Shown here piece by piece: positions 10,201 to 20,000 of a stretch of DNA of 64,000 bases. The notes under the pieces were generated by a model. That model had not been told where the DNA came from, did no database searches, and was given only the letters and a program-made list of their open reading frames with translations. How positions within the stretch are numbered: position 1 is the stretch's first letter; each line of letters opens with the position of its first letter. Source of the stretch: Arenicellales bacterium (lineage in GTDB: Bacteria; Pseudomonadota; Gammaproteobacteria; Arenicellales; Poriferihabitantaceae); the NCBI GenBank assembly GCA_965231905.1, contig CBDDOO010000002.1, positions 138,192-202,191 of the forward strand. The letters run 5' to 3'. Made by a program: the position numbers and the translations under genes.

Positions 10201-10941
10201 CAGCAGGGTGACGCTGTCCATTGCTTCGAGCCGGGCTATGGTATCGGCAACCCATTCGATTGCCCCGACCCCGCCGATGGTCGAAGACCGGTCGTTTAAC
10301 AGCGAGCCGCCGAACTCACGCATCGAATCCAGCAGAATGACTCGCGCGCCTGACTGTGCCGCCGCCAGGGCTGCGGTCAGGCCGGCCGGCCCACCTCCGA
10401 TTACCAGCACATCGCAATGGGCATAAGTCTTGTCATAAAAATCAGGGTCGATTTCAAGCGGAGACCGGCCCAGTCCGGCAGCCTTGCGAATGTATTTTTC
10501 GTAAGTCATCCATAGCGATGCCGGCCACATGAAGGTCTTGTAGTAGAAACCGGCGGGCAGCAGCCGGGACAGCCGTGAGTTGATCGCGCCCAGATCGAAT
10601 TTTACCGAGGGCCAGCAATTCTGGGAGGTGGCGCACAGACCTTCGTACAGTTCCACCTCGGTAGCGCGCATGTTGGGGGTGGTATGTGCCCCCGACTCGA
10701 GTTGCGCCAGCGCGTTTGGTTCTTCGGAGCCGGCGCTGTAGATTCCCCGTGGCCGATGATATTTGAAGCTGCGGCCAACCAGATGAACGCCATTCGCCAA
10801 CAGGGCCGAGGCCAGGGTGTCACCGGGATGTCCGAACAAGCGTTTGCCGTCATAATGGAATTCGATGGTCCTGCCGCGGTCAATGCGACCGCCGGAAGCC
10901 AACCGGTTTTTCCCGGCGCTGTTCGCGACGGGGGCAGTCAT
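7255..10941 (-). CDS. soxA: sarcosine oxidase alpha subunit fused to a gamma-subunit domain (SoxA-SoxG fusion)
   Basis: 1228 aa. The N-terminal ~1000 aa have alpha-subunit features: a 2Fe-2S-like N-terminus, VLVIGGGPAGL, and an aminomethyltransferase-like C-terminal half. A Pro/Ala linker PAPVPAPTPPAAGGPADGSASAA (about 7837-7908) follows. The last ~190 aa look like SoxG (CYWTGPDEWLL...). Confidence 0.8.
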   Translation of the reverse strand: MTAPVANSAGKNRLASGGRIDRGRTIEFHYDGKRLFGHPGDTLASALLANGVHLVGRSFKYHRPRGIYSAGSEEPNALAQLESGAHTTPNMRATEVELYEGLCATSQNCWPSVKFDLGAINSRLSRLLPAGFYYKTFMWPASLWMTYEKYIRKAAGLGRSPLEIDPDFYDKTYAHCDVLVIGGGPAGLTAALAAAQSGARVILLDSMREFGGSLLNDRSSTIGGVGAIEWVADTIARLEAMDSVTLLTRTTLTGYYDYNFLVANQKPDQHIGPNSAGQTPRERLWKIRAGQVVIAAGAIERPLVFADNDRPGVMLSGAIRSYINRFAVLPGRNIALLTNNDSVWQTALDIQEAGAAVYVIDIRENDASAAQARAKNQGITIHPGKTIVGVNYSRGKIRGVEIMALSEDGGSVTGPKQRLSCDLIGVAGGWTPTIHLYSQAKGKLKYLDDLHCFIADQMPASNKSIMAGACNAEYRLDDCLSQGFKAGRQAAGKAGFKTGSAQPPATGVNLLETNLSESSGGLRPLWILPTDHPIGQGRKKHFHELHNDATVADIHLAAREGYQSVEHLKRYTTTGMGTDQGKTSNLNALAVMSEIRGIPVPEVGTTTFRPPFTPLTFGSIVGHDRRQLFLQTRKTPIHDWHHRHGAVFEDVGDWKRPRYFPKEGETMHDAVQRECIAVRKSCGILDASTLGKIDLKGRDCIRLLNMLYTNDWSKLAPGRCRYGLMLDEHGMVFDDGVTSCLGDHHYHITTTTGGAARVMNWIEEWLQTEWPAWQVHATSVTEQSAVVALNGPACVHVLGELVDLPLDDQSFPFMSVKETTIAGIPARIFRISFTGELSFEINVPARYGLALWTALMDAGGKHGIYPYGTEAMHVLRAEKGFIIVGQDTDGTVTPMDLGMDWIVSKTKADFLGKRSFGRSDTARPGRKQLVGLLTEDPGRVLPEGAHVVEELKSAPPMDMLGHISSSYMSPNVGRSIALALIRDGFARKGQVLHVPLLDGSAHKVTVTDPVFLPAPVPAPTPPAAGGPADGSASAASIDKPGLTGWQATSPACNLDPIEGRNRLREQPWRGKINLRGDPENRKFLANAESVLDIRLPLQPNTQRASADRTCYWTGPDEWLLHCPLAATGPMVRALQAKLRDTHHAVTEVTDYYTVLHLTGPDTIALLSRACPLDLHLAKFTVGDCTQTRFGHASILLHKTGDTPAFDIQVRWSYTEYVWDYLASAMRAV

Positions 10942-11219
10942 CCTTTCACCTCAGGGCGCGGTTCGCCGGGCTTGCAGGTCGCGTGTATCCGGTCGGTGAC
11001 GGTGTCCCGGACGACATTGAACCAGCGTCTGCATCCGTGGCTATGTACCCACCTTTCGTAGTGAATGCCCTTGGTGTTTTTGCGGAAAAAGACATAGTCT
11101 CCCCATTCTTCGTCAGACAATTGTTCCGGTTGTTCGGGCCGCGTAATATACGCTTCTCCGTGCGCGGTAAATTCGCTTTGGTCGCGCTGGCCGCACCAGG
11201 GGCAGTCAATGAGGAACAT
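10938..11219 (-). CDS. soxD: sarcosine oxidase delta subunit
   Basis: 93 aa. [17 protein letters not shown]...HSHGC. ATGA overlap with soxA and TGATG overlap with soxB. Confidence 0.85.
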   Translation of the reverse strand: MFLIDCPWCGQRDQSEFTAHGEAYITRPEQPEQLSDEEWGDYVFFRKNTKGIHYERWVHSHGCRRWFNVVRDTVTDRIHATCKPGEPRPEVKG

Positions 11220-12463
11220 CAGTGCGCCACCGCCGCCGCCGCGCCTTCGTCAATCAGGGCGCCGCTATTGAATCGGTTGATCGAGAATGGTGCCGCAATC
11301 GGATGCATTTCACCGCGGGCAATCGAATGGGCGAATACATGTCCTGACCCCGGTGTCGCCTTGAATCCGCCGGTCCCCCAGCCGCAATTGAAAAACAGGT
11401 TTTCCACCGGAGTTTTGGAGATCAACGGTGAGCGGTCAACCGTCACATCGACGATCCCCCCCCACTGGCGCAGCATTTTCATTCTTGAGAAAATGGGATA
11501 AAGCTCGATCACAGGGCCGACCGTTTCCTCGATGACATCGAATCCACCGCGTTGGGAGTAGGAGTTGTAGGCGTCCGAGCCGGCACCGATCACCAGTTCC
11601 CCCTTGTCGGACTGGCTGATGTAGGCGTGGATACTGCCGGACATGACCACGCAATCGAGAATCGGCTTGACCGGTTCCGATACCAGCGCCTGGAGCGGGA
11701 AGGATTCGACCGGCAACCGGAAACCGGCCATTTCGGCAAGTACACTGCAATGTCCCGCCACTACACAACCGACTTTTCCGGCGGCAATGAATCCCTGGCT
11801 GGTTTCCACTCCCGCAATGACGTTGTCCCGCTGCCGGAATCCGGTGACTTCACAGTTCTGGATAATATCGACGCCAGCCGCGTCCGCCGCTCTGGCATAG
11901 CCCCAGGCTACCGCGTCATGCCGGGCTGTCCCCCCGCGTTTTTGCAGCAGGGCGCCCATCACCGGGTAGCGGCAGTCCAGATTGATGAAAGGAACCATCT
12001 GTTTGACCTGGGCGGGGGTCAGAAACTCCGAGTCGATTCCGTTCAGGTAAATGGCGTGGCCGCGGCGCCCGATTTCCTGCATGTCATGGACGTTATGCGC
12101 CAGATGAAGCAACCCGCGCTGGGAAAACATCACGTTGTAGTTCAGGGTCCGGCTCAAGCCTTCCCACAGCTTCATGGCGTGTTCGTAGATGGCCGCCGAT
12201 TCATCATAAAGATAATTGGAGCGCACGATGGTTGTATTGCGGCCGGTATTGCCGCCTCCGAGCCATCCTTTTTCGATCACGGCAACATTGCTGATTCCAC
12301 ATTCAGCGGCCAGATAATACGCAGTCGCCAGGCCATGACCGCCGCCACCGACGATCACGATGTCATAAGCCTTTTTCGGGATCGGGCTGCGCCATGACTG
12401 TTGCCAGTCCTGATGATAGCTGATCGCATTACGGATCAGGCTGAATATGGAGTAACGGTTCAT
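11219..12463 (-). CDS. soxB: sarcosine oxidase beta subunit (FAD)
   Basis: 414 aa. [20 protein letters not shown] dinucleotide fold. First gene of the soxBDA order. Confidence 0.85.
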   Translation of the reverse strand: MNRYSIFSLIRNAISYHQDWQQSWRSPIPKKAYDIVIVGGGGHGLATAYYLAAECGISNVAVIEKGWLGGGNTGRNTTIVRSNYLYDESAAIYEHAMKLWEGLSRTLNYNVMFSQRGLLHLAHNVHDMQEIGRRGHAIYLNGIDSEFLTPAQVKQMVPFINLDCRYPVMGALLQKRGGTARHDAVAWGYARAADAAGVDIIQNCEVTGFRQRDNVIAGVETSQGFIAAGKVGCVVAGHCSVLAEMAGFRLPVESFPLQALVSEPVKPILDCVVMSGSIHAYISQSDKGELVIGAGSDAYNSYSQRGGFDVIEETVGPVIELYPIFSRMKMLRQWGGIVDVTVDRSPLISKTPVENLFFNCGWGTGGFKATPGSGHVFAHSIARGEMHPIAAPFSINRFNSGALIDEGAAAAVAH

Positions 12464-12536
12464 CGCCTGGAACCGGACACTTCAGGTTGCCATGTCATCG
12501 CCTGGAATTGAGCGCTCCGGATTGTCATGTCGCCGC

Positions 12537-13073
12537 CTAGAACTCGACACCCTGGGCGGCCAGGATGCCCAGGTCGAAAGCGTGTTTGATCTTGGTCATT
12601 TCAGTTACGGTATCCGCCGCTTCGATTACCTGCGGCGCGGCATCCCGGCCGGTAAGGACCAGGTAGAGCCAGGACGGTTTGCAGTTGGTGATAAAATCCG
12701 CAATTTCTTCGCCGGTGATCCAGCCAAAGCCGCAACAATAATTAATTTCATCCAGTACGACAAGATCAAATTCCCCGGAGGTGATTTTCTCCTTGCTGAA
12801 TTCCCAGATTTCCCGGCTGGTTCTAATATCCTGTTCCGGGTTATTGGTGTCCCAGGTAAATCCATCGCCCATCACATGCCATTCAATATTATCAAATTTT
12901 TCCGCAGCAAGCTGTTCGCCGGTTTTCCATTTGCCCTTGATAAATTGAATTACGCAGACTTTCAGTCCCCAGCCGGCGGCCCGGAATACGACGCCAAAAG
13001 CGCTGGAGGACTTTCCTTTTCCGCTGCCGGTATGGACCAGTGTGACACCGTCTCGGCGCTCTCTTGATTTCAT
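12537..13073 (-). CDS. cobO: cob(I)yrinic acid a,c-diamide adenosyltransferase
   Basis: 178 aa. TGSGKGKSSSAFG P-loop, CVIQFIKG and VVLDEINY are typical of CobA/CobO/BtuR. Confidence 0.85.
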   Translation of the reverse strand: MKSRERRDGVTLVHTGSGKGKSSSAFGVVFRAAGWGLKVCVIQFIKGKWKTGEQLAAEKFDNIEWHVMGDGFTWDTNNPEQDIRTSREIWEFSKEKITSGEFDLVVLDEINYCCGFGWITGEEIADFITNCKPSWLYLVLTGRDAAPQVIEAADTVTEMTKIKHAFDLGILAAQGVEF

Positions 13074-13085
13074 GATTGTGCTGGA

Positions 13086-13769
13086 TTATCCCCCCTGAAT
13101 GATACCCCGGTTACTCAGAGATACAAATTCCCCATCTCCGACAATAATGTGATCCAGCAGTCTGACATCAATCAGTTGTAATGCCTTTTGAATCTTGACG
13201 GTGATGTCGGCATCTGACTGACTGGGTTCGGCGATACCGGACGGGTGGTTGTGGGCAATGATGATCGCCGCCGCGTTGTAGTGCAGAACCTGTTTGATGA
13301 CCTCGCGCGGGTGGACCGAAGCTGAGCCCAGTGTGCCGTGAAACATTTCTTCGTATTTGATGACCTGATGGCGGTTATCGAGAAACAGAACCGCGAATAT
13401 CTCCCGGCTCCGGTCGCGCAGGTGGAAGCTTAAGAAATCGTTGACTGATTCAGGATTGGTCATCACGTCCTGGCGTTCAATTTTCTGCCCCAGGAAGCGT
13501 TTCCCCAGTTCCAGAGCCGCCTGCAGGTATGAAAATTTTACCGGCCCCAGCCCCGGAATCCGGCAAATCAGATCCTGGCTCGCGTTCAGCACTCCTCTCA
13601 GGTCACCGAACTGGCTAATCAGGTCCCGGCTGATATCCACTGCCGATTTACCGCGCACGCCGGTACGCAGAAATATGGCGAGCAATTCGGCATCACTGAG
13701 CGTACCGACACCCTGATGCAACAGTTTCTCCCTCGGCCTCTCCAATTCTGGCCACTCCTTTATTGTCAT
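13086..13769 (-). CDS. radC: RadC-family (JAB/MPN) protein
   Basis: The ORF extends to 14171, but the typical RadC N-terminus [17 protein letters not shown] starts at 13769. HNHPSG JAMM motif. Divergent from coaBC, as in many proteobacteria. Confidence 0.85.
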   Translation of the reverse strand: MTIKEWPELERPREKLLHQGVGTLSDAELLAIFLRTGVRGKSAVDISRDLISQFGDLRGVLNASQDLICRIPGLGPVKFSYLQAALELGKRFLGQKIERQDVMTNPESVNDFLSFHLRDRSREIFAVLFLDNRHQVIKYEEMFHGTLGSASVHPREVIKQVLHYNAAAIIIAHNHPSGIAEPSQSDADITVKIQKALQLIDVRLLDHIIVGDGEFVSLSNRGIIQGG

Positions 13770-13856
13770 GATTAATTTCCATACAAATACGTTAAACTCC
13801 ACACTGGCGCTTATAGACCGGCGCCACGCAAACTGCTTCATGCCGGACTCTACATT

Positions 13857-15116
13857 ATGAACCCTGCTTCGACAATACATCGATCCAAAAGAATTCTGGT
13901 CGGCGTGACTGGCGGGGTTGCGGCGTACAAATCGCCGGACCTGGTCAGAAGGCTCAGAGAGCGTGGCGCGGAGGTACGGGTCGTGATGACTGAGGCGGCG
14001 CAGGCGTTCATTACTCCACTCACTCTGCAGGCGGTCAGCGGGCATCCTGTTTCCCGGCACTTGCTGGATGCGGATGCCGAATCGGGCATGGGGCATATCG
14101 AGCTGGCGCGATGGGCGGAAATCATTGTCGTCGCTCCGGCGACCGCGAACTTTATCTCGAAGGCGGCGCACGGAGAGGCTGGTGACCTGTTATCCACCCT
14201 GATTCTGGCTTCTGAAGCGGAATTGATCATGGCCCCGGCCATGAATCAGCAGATGTGGCAGAACCGGGCGACCCGGGAGAATATTGAAAGACTGGAGGCG
14301 CGGGGAATTTGTGTGATCGGGCCGGCTCAGGGCAATCAGGCTTGCGGGGAAACCGGCCCGGGCAGGATGACTGAACCGGAACAGATCGCCCGGCAGATAC
14401 TCGGTGACGGCATCCCGCGACTGCTGGTCGGGAAATCAGTTCTGATAACGGCCGGTCCGACCTGGGAAGCGATTGATCCGGTTCGGGGAATCACCAATCG
14501 AAGTTCCGGGAAAATGGGGTTTGCCGTCGCCCGGGCAGCCGTCGACTTCGGCGCCGATGTGACTCTGGTTTGCGGGCCGGCCAATCTGGAAACGCCGCCC
14601 TCGGTCCGGCGAATCAATGTGACCTCGGCGCGGCAGATGCGTGATCAGGTCATGCGGCAGGTTGGTGAGGCGGACATTTTCATCGCGGTGGCGGCGGTGG
14701 CGGATTATCGTCCGGCGCAGACGGCGGAGCGGAAAATCAAAAAGAGCGGCGAGCGGACCACCCTGACCCTGACCCGGAACCCCGATATACTGGCGGAAGT
14801 GGCGGCATTGGAAAACAGGCCCTTCACGGCAGGATTCGCCGCCGAAACCGGGAATCTGCTGGATAACGCAACGACCAAACTGGAGATGAAGAATGTCGAT
14901 ATGATCGCGGCCAATGATGTCGCCGGCGCCGGGAATCCGGTGTTCGACAGCGAGGAGAATGCTGTTACGCTACTGTATTTCCGGGATGAGGAGAACCGGG
15001 GGCGGGGGAAAGTGGAAAAAGCCGTCCTGGCCCGAACCGACAAGTATCGGCTGGCCGTCCGGATTATCGAGAAAATCGCGGAATTGCTGGAATGCAACGC
15101 TCCATTAAAACCATGA
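13857..15116 (+). CDS. coaBC: bifunctional phosphopantothenoylcysteine decarboxylase/synthetase
   Basis: 419 aa. [13 protein letters not shown] flavoprotein N-terminal domain plus a CoaB C-terminal domain. Confidence 0.9.
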   Translation: MNPASTIHRSKRILVGVTGGVAAYKSPDLVRRLRERGAEVRVVMTEAAQAFITPLTLQAVSGHPVSRHLLDADAESGMGHIELARWAEIIVVAPATANFISKAAHGEAGDLLSTLILASEAELIMAPAMNQQMWQNRATRENIERLEARGICVIGPAQGNQACGETGPGRMTEPEQIARQILGDGIPRLLVGKSVLITAGPTWEAIDPVRGITNRSSGKMGFAVARAAVDFGADVTLVCGPANLETPPSVRRINVTSARQMRDQVMRQVGEADIFIAVAAVADYRPAQTAERKIKKSGERTTLTLTRNPDILAEVAALENRPFTAGFAAETGNLLDNATTKLEMKNVDMIAANDVAGAGNPVFDSEENAVTLLYFRDEENRGRGKVEKAVLARTDKYRLAVRIIEKIAELLECNAPLKP

Positions 15117-15898
15117 TGACCCGATTGAAACAATCCACCCTCCATATCGGGCTGCTACTGTGTGATGATATTGACGAAGCGGACCGGGATCAATATGGTA
15201 CGTACACCGCGATGTTTCAGAATGCCCTGGATCCAGGCGCTGATGAAATCCGCCTGACCGCGATTCGCTGTTTTGAAGGCGAAGCGCTCCCGGAGCCGGG
15301 GGAGTTTGACGGTTATGTGATTTCCGGGTCGCGTTACAGTGTGTATGAAGACCGGCCCTGGATCAAATCCCTGCAACGGTTTGTGGTTGATTGCTGGGAG
15401 CGGAATGTCCGTGTGGTGGGGATTTGCTTTGGTCATCAACTGATCGCCCATGCCCTCGGAGGCAGGGCCGAAAAGGCTCAATCCGGGTGGGGTTTCGGTA
15501 TCCAGAGCGCGAAAATCACGGACAGAAAACCATGGATGGACGACCCCGGCCTTTCATTCGACCGGAGCCGGTCCACGCAGCCGTTGGACAGCGACCGCTA
15601 CAATCTGGTCGTCATCCATCAGGATCAGGTGGTGGAAGTTCCGCCGGAATTTGAAATCATCGCGGAAAATGATTTTTGTCCCAACAGCATGATTGTCGCT
15701 GACAATAAAATGCTGGGCATCCAGGGGCACCCGGAATTCGATAAGGAATTCTGCGCTTTTCGGGCGGAATTCAGAAAGGAGATGATCGGACAGGAGGTTT
15801 ACCAGCGCACACTGCGTTCCCTTGCGCGACACGACACCGATTCAGCCACCGTCATGAAATGGATCCATAATTTTTTCCTACACGAGCAACCAAAATGA
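15113..15898 (+). CDS. class I glutamine amidotransferase-like protein
   Basis: GICFGHQLIAHALGG nucleophile elbow and GIQGHPEF. ATG at 15113 overlaps the coaBC stop (ATGATGA). Confidence 0.7.
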   Translation: MMTRLKQSTLHIGLLLCDDIDEADRDQYGTYTAMFQNALDPGADEIRLTAIRCFEGEALPEPGEFDGYVISGSRYSVYEDRPWIKSLQRFVVDCWERNVRVVGICFGHQLIAHALGGRAEKAQSGWGFGIQSAKITDRKPWMDDPGLSFDRSRSTQPLDSDRYNLVVIHQDQVVEVPPEFEIIAENDFCPNSMIVADNKMLGIQGHPEFDKEFCAFRAEFRKEMIGQEVYQRTLRSLARHDTDSATVMKWIHNFFLHEQPK

Positions 15899-16686
15899 TT
15901 ATCAAGCAAATCTGGACCGGCAATGCGTACCGGAATTTCAATTATCTGATCGCCTGCCCGGAAACCGGCGAAGCGCTGGCTATTGATCCGCTGGATCACA
16001 AGAAGTGCCTGCGGTATGCGAAAGACCAGGGATGGGATATTACCCATATCGTCAATACCCACGAACACGGTGACCACACCGGAGGAAACCGGAAAATGGT
16101 GGCCGCCACGAAGGCGCGGGTTCTGGCCCATCATCACGCGCGAACGGCGATTCCTGAAATGTCCGATGGTCTTGCGGCCGGGGATGTCATTCATGTCGGA
16201 AAAACCGTGGAACTGGAAGCGCTGGATACCCCCGGACATACGATGAGCCATGTCTGCCTGCTGAGTCATACCGAAACCCCGGCGCTGTTCAGCGGGGATA
16301 CGCTGTTCAACGCAGGCGCCGGAAACTGTCATGACGGCGGTCACCCGAAAGAGCTTTATGAAACCTTCGCGCAACAGTTAATGAGATTATCCGATGACAC
16401 GATGATCTATCCGGGGCATGACTACCTCCACAATAATCTCGAATTTACCCTGGATCGGGAGCCGGACAATCAGGCCGCGCGTTCACTGCTGGATGAAACC
16501 GCTGATCAGGACCCGGAAAAGGCGCTGGTGACCAGTCTCGGGCAGGAAAGGGAAATCAATACGTTCTTCCGATTGCAGAATCCGCAAGTGGTCGAACGGC
16601 TGCAACTGGAATTTCCTGAAATCGGCGACTCCCCGGATCCGCAAACGGTATTTCTCAAGCTGCGCGAATTGAGAAACAGCTGGTGA
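15895..16686 (+). CDS. gloB: hydroxyacylglutathione hydrolase (MBL fold)
   Basis: 263 aa. THEHGDHTGGN metallo-beta-lactamase motif and an HAGH C-terminal region. ATGA overlap with the upstream gene. Confidence 0.8.
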   Translation: MIIKQIWTGNAYRNFNYLIACPETGEALAIDPLDHKKCLRYAKDQGWDITHIVNTHEHGDHTGGNRKMVAATKARVLAHHHARTAIPEMSDGLAAGDVIHVGKTVELEALDTPGHTMSHVCLLSHTETPALFSGDTLFNAGAGNCHDGGHPKELYETFAQQLMRLSDDTMIYPGHDYLHNNLEFTLDREPDNQAARSLLDETADQDPEKALVTSLGQEREINTFFRLQNPQVVERLQLEFPEIGDSPDPQTVFLKLRELRNSW

Positions 16687-16780
16687 GGATGGATTTGACT
16701 GTAAACTGTCATATAATCCTGTAAGAGATAATGATATCTGAATCCTTGACAAGGGTTCCGAGAGAACTTGTTACAATGAT

Positions 16781-16881
<101 letters not shown>

Positions 16882-17022
16882 GATTCTGTGCGGTATCTGG
16901 CGGCGGGTTCGAAGGCTCTGGTCCGTTCTGCCCGCTTGAGTTTTTGTTTTCCGCCGCTCGCGCAACGGCGCTCTCGTCGCGCCGCCTTTGTATGTGCGGC
17001 GCGGTCTTCGCCCCGTTTGAGG

Positions 17023-20000
17023 ATGGCGGGTCGCGTAGTCCTTCTTGCGGCATTGGCCGCGGTATGCCTGGCCCTCCCGCTGGCGGCGATTGCAGCGTCA
17101 AGCGTGGTGAGTACGGCGTGGGTTAGCCCGGATGTCATCACGCCTTCCGACCCCTCCGCCTGCACGGTCTCGGCAGCCAGCCCGGCCCGGGGGAGCCGGA
17201 GCATGCACGAGAAGGGCCCCTTCACCTTCGCAACTGGCGTCGATAATGCCTGGCTTTTCGACGCCAGTTGCGACGGCGGGGCGAACAGCTTCGAGATCCA
17301 GGTTCATGAGGACTTTACGGAGGCGGACGCGGCGAGCGCCGCCCAAAAATACGGCAAGGCCGTCGGCCACCTGCCGAAGGCGCTTCGATCCGGGATCGGG
17401 ACGGCAACCGGGATTCTTATACTCCCCATACACAAGGGAAGTCATAGTTGGTTTGCGGGCCGGAGGAGCGGGAAGATTGGTGTCTATACGGAACTCGCGC
17501 AGGACAAGTATAACGAGGAAGCTATGGTTCACGAGGCGGCGCATGTGTCGCTGGACAATCGGGTCAGATCTGACCCCAAGTGGCTGGCGGCGCAGAAGGC
17601 CGACGGAAAGTATCTCTCTGACCATGCGCGGAACCATCCCCAGCGGGAGGACGTGGCGGAGTCCTTCCTGGCGTATCTGTCCGCCCGATATGTGCCGTCC
17701 CGGATCAGCCGGACCTGGGAGACGACAATCTGGCAGACGATCCCGAACCGGATCGCCTATTTTGACGCGCTGCTGTCCGCTGACGACATGAAACCCTTCA
17801 CCCGGGCCCCGCGGCGCGCGCTGGTTTCGCTGTCGGTGTCTTCCGGCCATGTCGCGGAAGCCGGCGGCACAGTCACCATCACCGCCACGCGCAGCATAGC
17901 CAACACCTCCGGTAAAGCGCTGACCATCCCGATTGCAGTCAAGACATCCGGAACCACCGCGCAGTCCGCAGACTACACCGCCCTGGCCACCTCTATCAGC
18001 ATTGCCGATAACGCTACCACCGGCACGACCACCTTCACGGCTACGGCAGATACTGTAGACGAGGCGCCGGAGACGGTCGTGGTGGAACTCGTCAATACCC
18101 GTCTCCCGACCGGTACGATAGCGGGTACCCACGATGAAGTGACCATCACCATCGTTGATGACGACCCGACCGTTGTCTGGCTGTCGCGCGTCGGCAGTGG
18201 CGAGGTATCGGAAGGCGGAGTGATTGAATTCACCGTAAGACTGTTGCGTACCCTGATCGCTGGAGAAACCATTGACGTGCCGTTATCCATCCGTGGCGCG
18301 GGCGTCACCACCGCCGACTGGACTCTGGACCTGAAGACCGCTCGAACCGGCCCCTCCCTCAACACGGGCGTGAAGTTGCTGAACCGGACCACGGCGACCC
18401 CGAAGCTGAGATTCTCCGGCGCCGGCGCCCGATTATCCACCCTGCGATTATATACCGCAGACGACACAGTAGACGAACCGACCGGCGAGAGCTATATCAT
18501 TGCCCTGGGTCCGGACGGCACCGCAACCAACGGCTTTGATGTCACGACCCTGGATACCAATGTCGGCGGCGGCGCCGACCCGGGCGCCTCCAATACCTTT
18601 ACGGTTCAGGTCCACGAAGCGGCAGACCACAGCGTATCAATCGGCATGGACACGACATCGGCCAATGAAGGCGCGGCTGGCGCCACCGCCACTTACGGCA
18701 TTGGTCTCCCCGTCACTCCGGCCCGAAGCGGCGGCTTCCACGTCCATGTCTGCGTCAGTGGCTCCGCCACCTGGATCACCGACTATGAACTCCGGGATTC
18801 ATCCGACCACCGCTTCAGTCTGGATACCAACGGCTGCGTCAGCGGCGGAGTATCCCTGCCCCTGGTGGAGTCCGTGGATGCATCTCCCGCTTTTCACATT
18901 TTTGTGAAGGGCGATGCAGACGTTGAAACCAGCGAGACCGTCATCCTGACCGTGAGCGAGCGCGCCAGTGGCAAAAACGCCACGCCCCCGGATGTCGAGA
19001 TTGATTCTGCCAACAACCGCGTCACCTTCACCATCACCAACGACGACGCTACCCCGACGATTCCGGTCATCACCATCGCCCCGACCACGGCCAACACCCC
19101 GGTCACCGAAGGCGCGGCGGCCAGTTATACCCTGACCGCCACCCCGGCGCCGGTTTCGGCGGTGACAGTGAACCTGATGGTAGCGGATGACGCCGACAGC
19201 GACTTTATCGCCGCCGCCCATGAAGGCGCCAAGACCGTCATGATCCCGACCGCTGGCACAGCGACCTATACAGTCACCACGACGGGCGACCGCGTCTACG
19301 AGGCCGATGGCTCCGTGACCGTGACCGTAGCGGCCGATGACGCCACCCCGGCGACCTACACCGTGGGCGACCCGTCGAGCGCATCCATTGAGGTAGAAGA
19401 CGATGATACGTCCGATGTATCGTTGAACGCGGCGACTCGCAGCCGCGCCGAAGACTCCGGAGCGACCGAAGCCGGCGCCGAACTGACGATTGCCGCGACC
19501 CGCGCGCTGGAGACGGCCCTGACTGTCTCCTACACGCTCGGCGGCACAGCGACCTGTGGTACGGATTACACCATCGCCGGCGCGACCTGCGACAACGACG
19601 GAACCGGAACCGGCACGATCACGCTGCCGTCCGGCGCGGCGGCGGGCGAAGGAGTCCCCATCCCGATCAGAATGGTCAACGACCATATAGCGGACAACGG
19701 AGAAACCATCATCCTGACCCTGGCGAGTGGTTCCGGATACGGACTGGGGAACCCTGCGGCCACCACTGTGACCATTTACCAGAATACCGGAGAGGCCAGC
19801 TACTCGATTCAGGGAGAACCTCATACCGGCGCGACCCTGACCATCCAGCGCGACCAATCCGACCCGGAAGGCGATGGCGGCGACCCGGATCGCAGTTACT
19901 CGTGGGCATCGAAGGCTGCCCTGACCGACCCGGTCTGGACCCCTGTTGCCGGAGAGACCGGGAATAACCTGGTGGTGGGCGCTGGTCTGTTGCATCATCA

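Noticed and set aside
7351-10883. Many 60-245-aa ORFs on both strands inside soxA (for example 8515..9252 and 9637..10299)
   Set aside because: These are shadow ORFs typical of GC-rich coding DNA. They are fully contained in a well-supported 1228-aa gene.
13770-14171. N-terminal extension of the radC ORF to 361 aa
   Set aside because: The extension overlaps coaBC on the opposite strand and is Arg-rich. The conserved RadC N-terminus starts at 13769.
16746-16777. TTGACA and TACAAT hexamers just upstream of the CCAG tract as a sigma70 promoter
   Set aside because: The spacer is 20 nt by my count, outside the functional 16-19 nt range. I mention it in the finding but do not call it a promoter feature.
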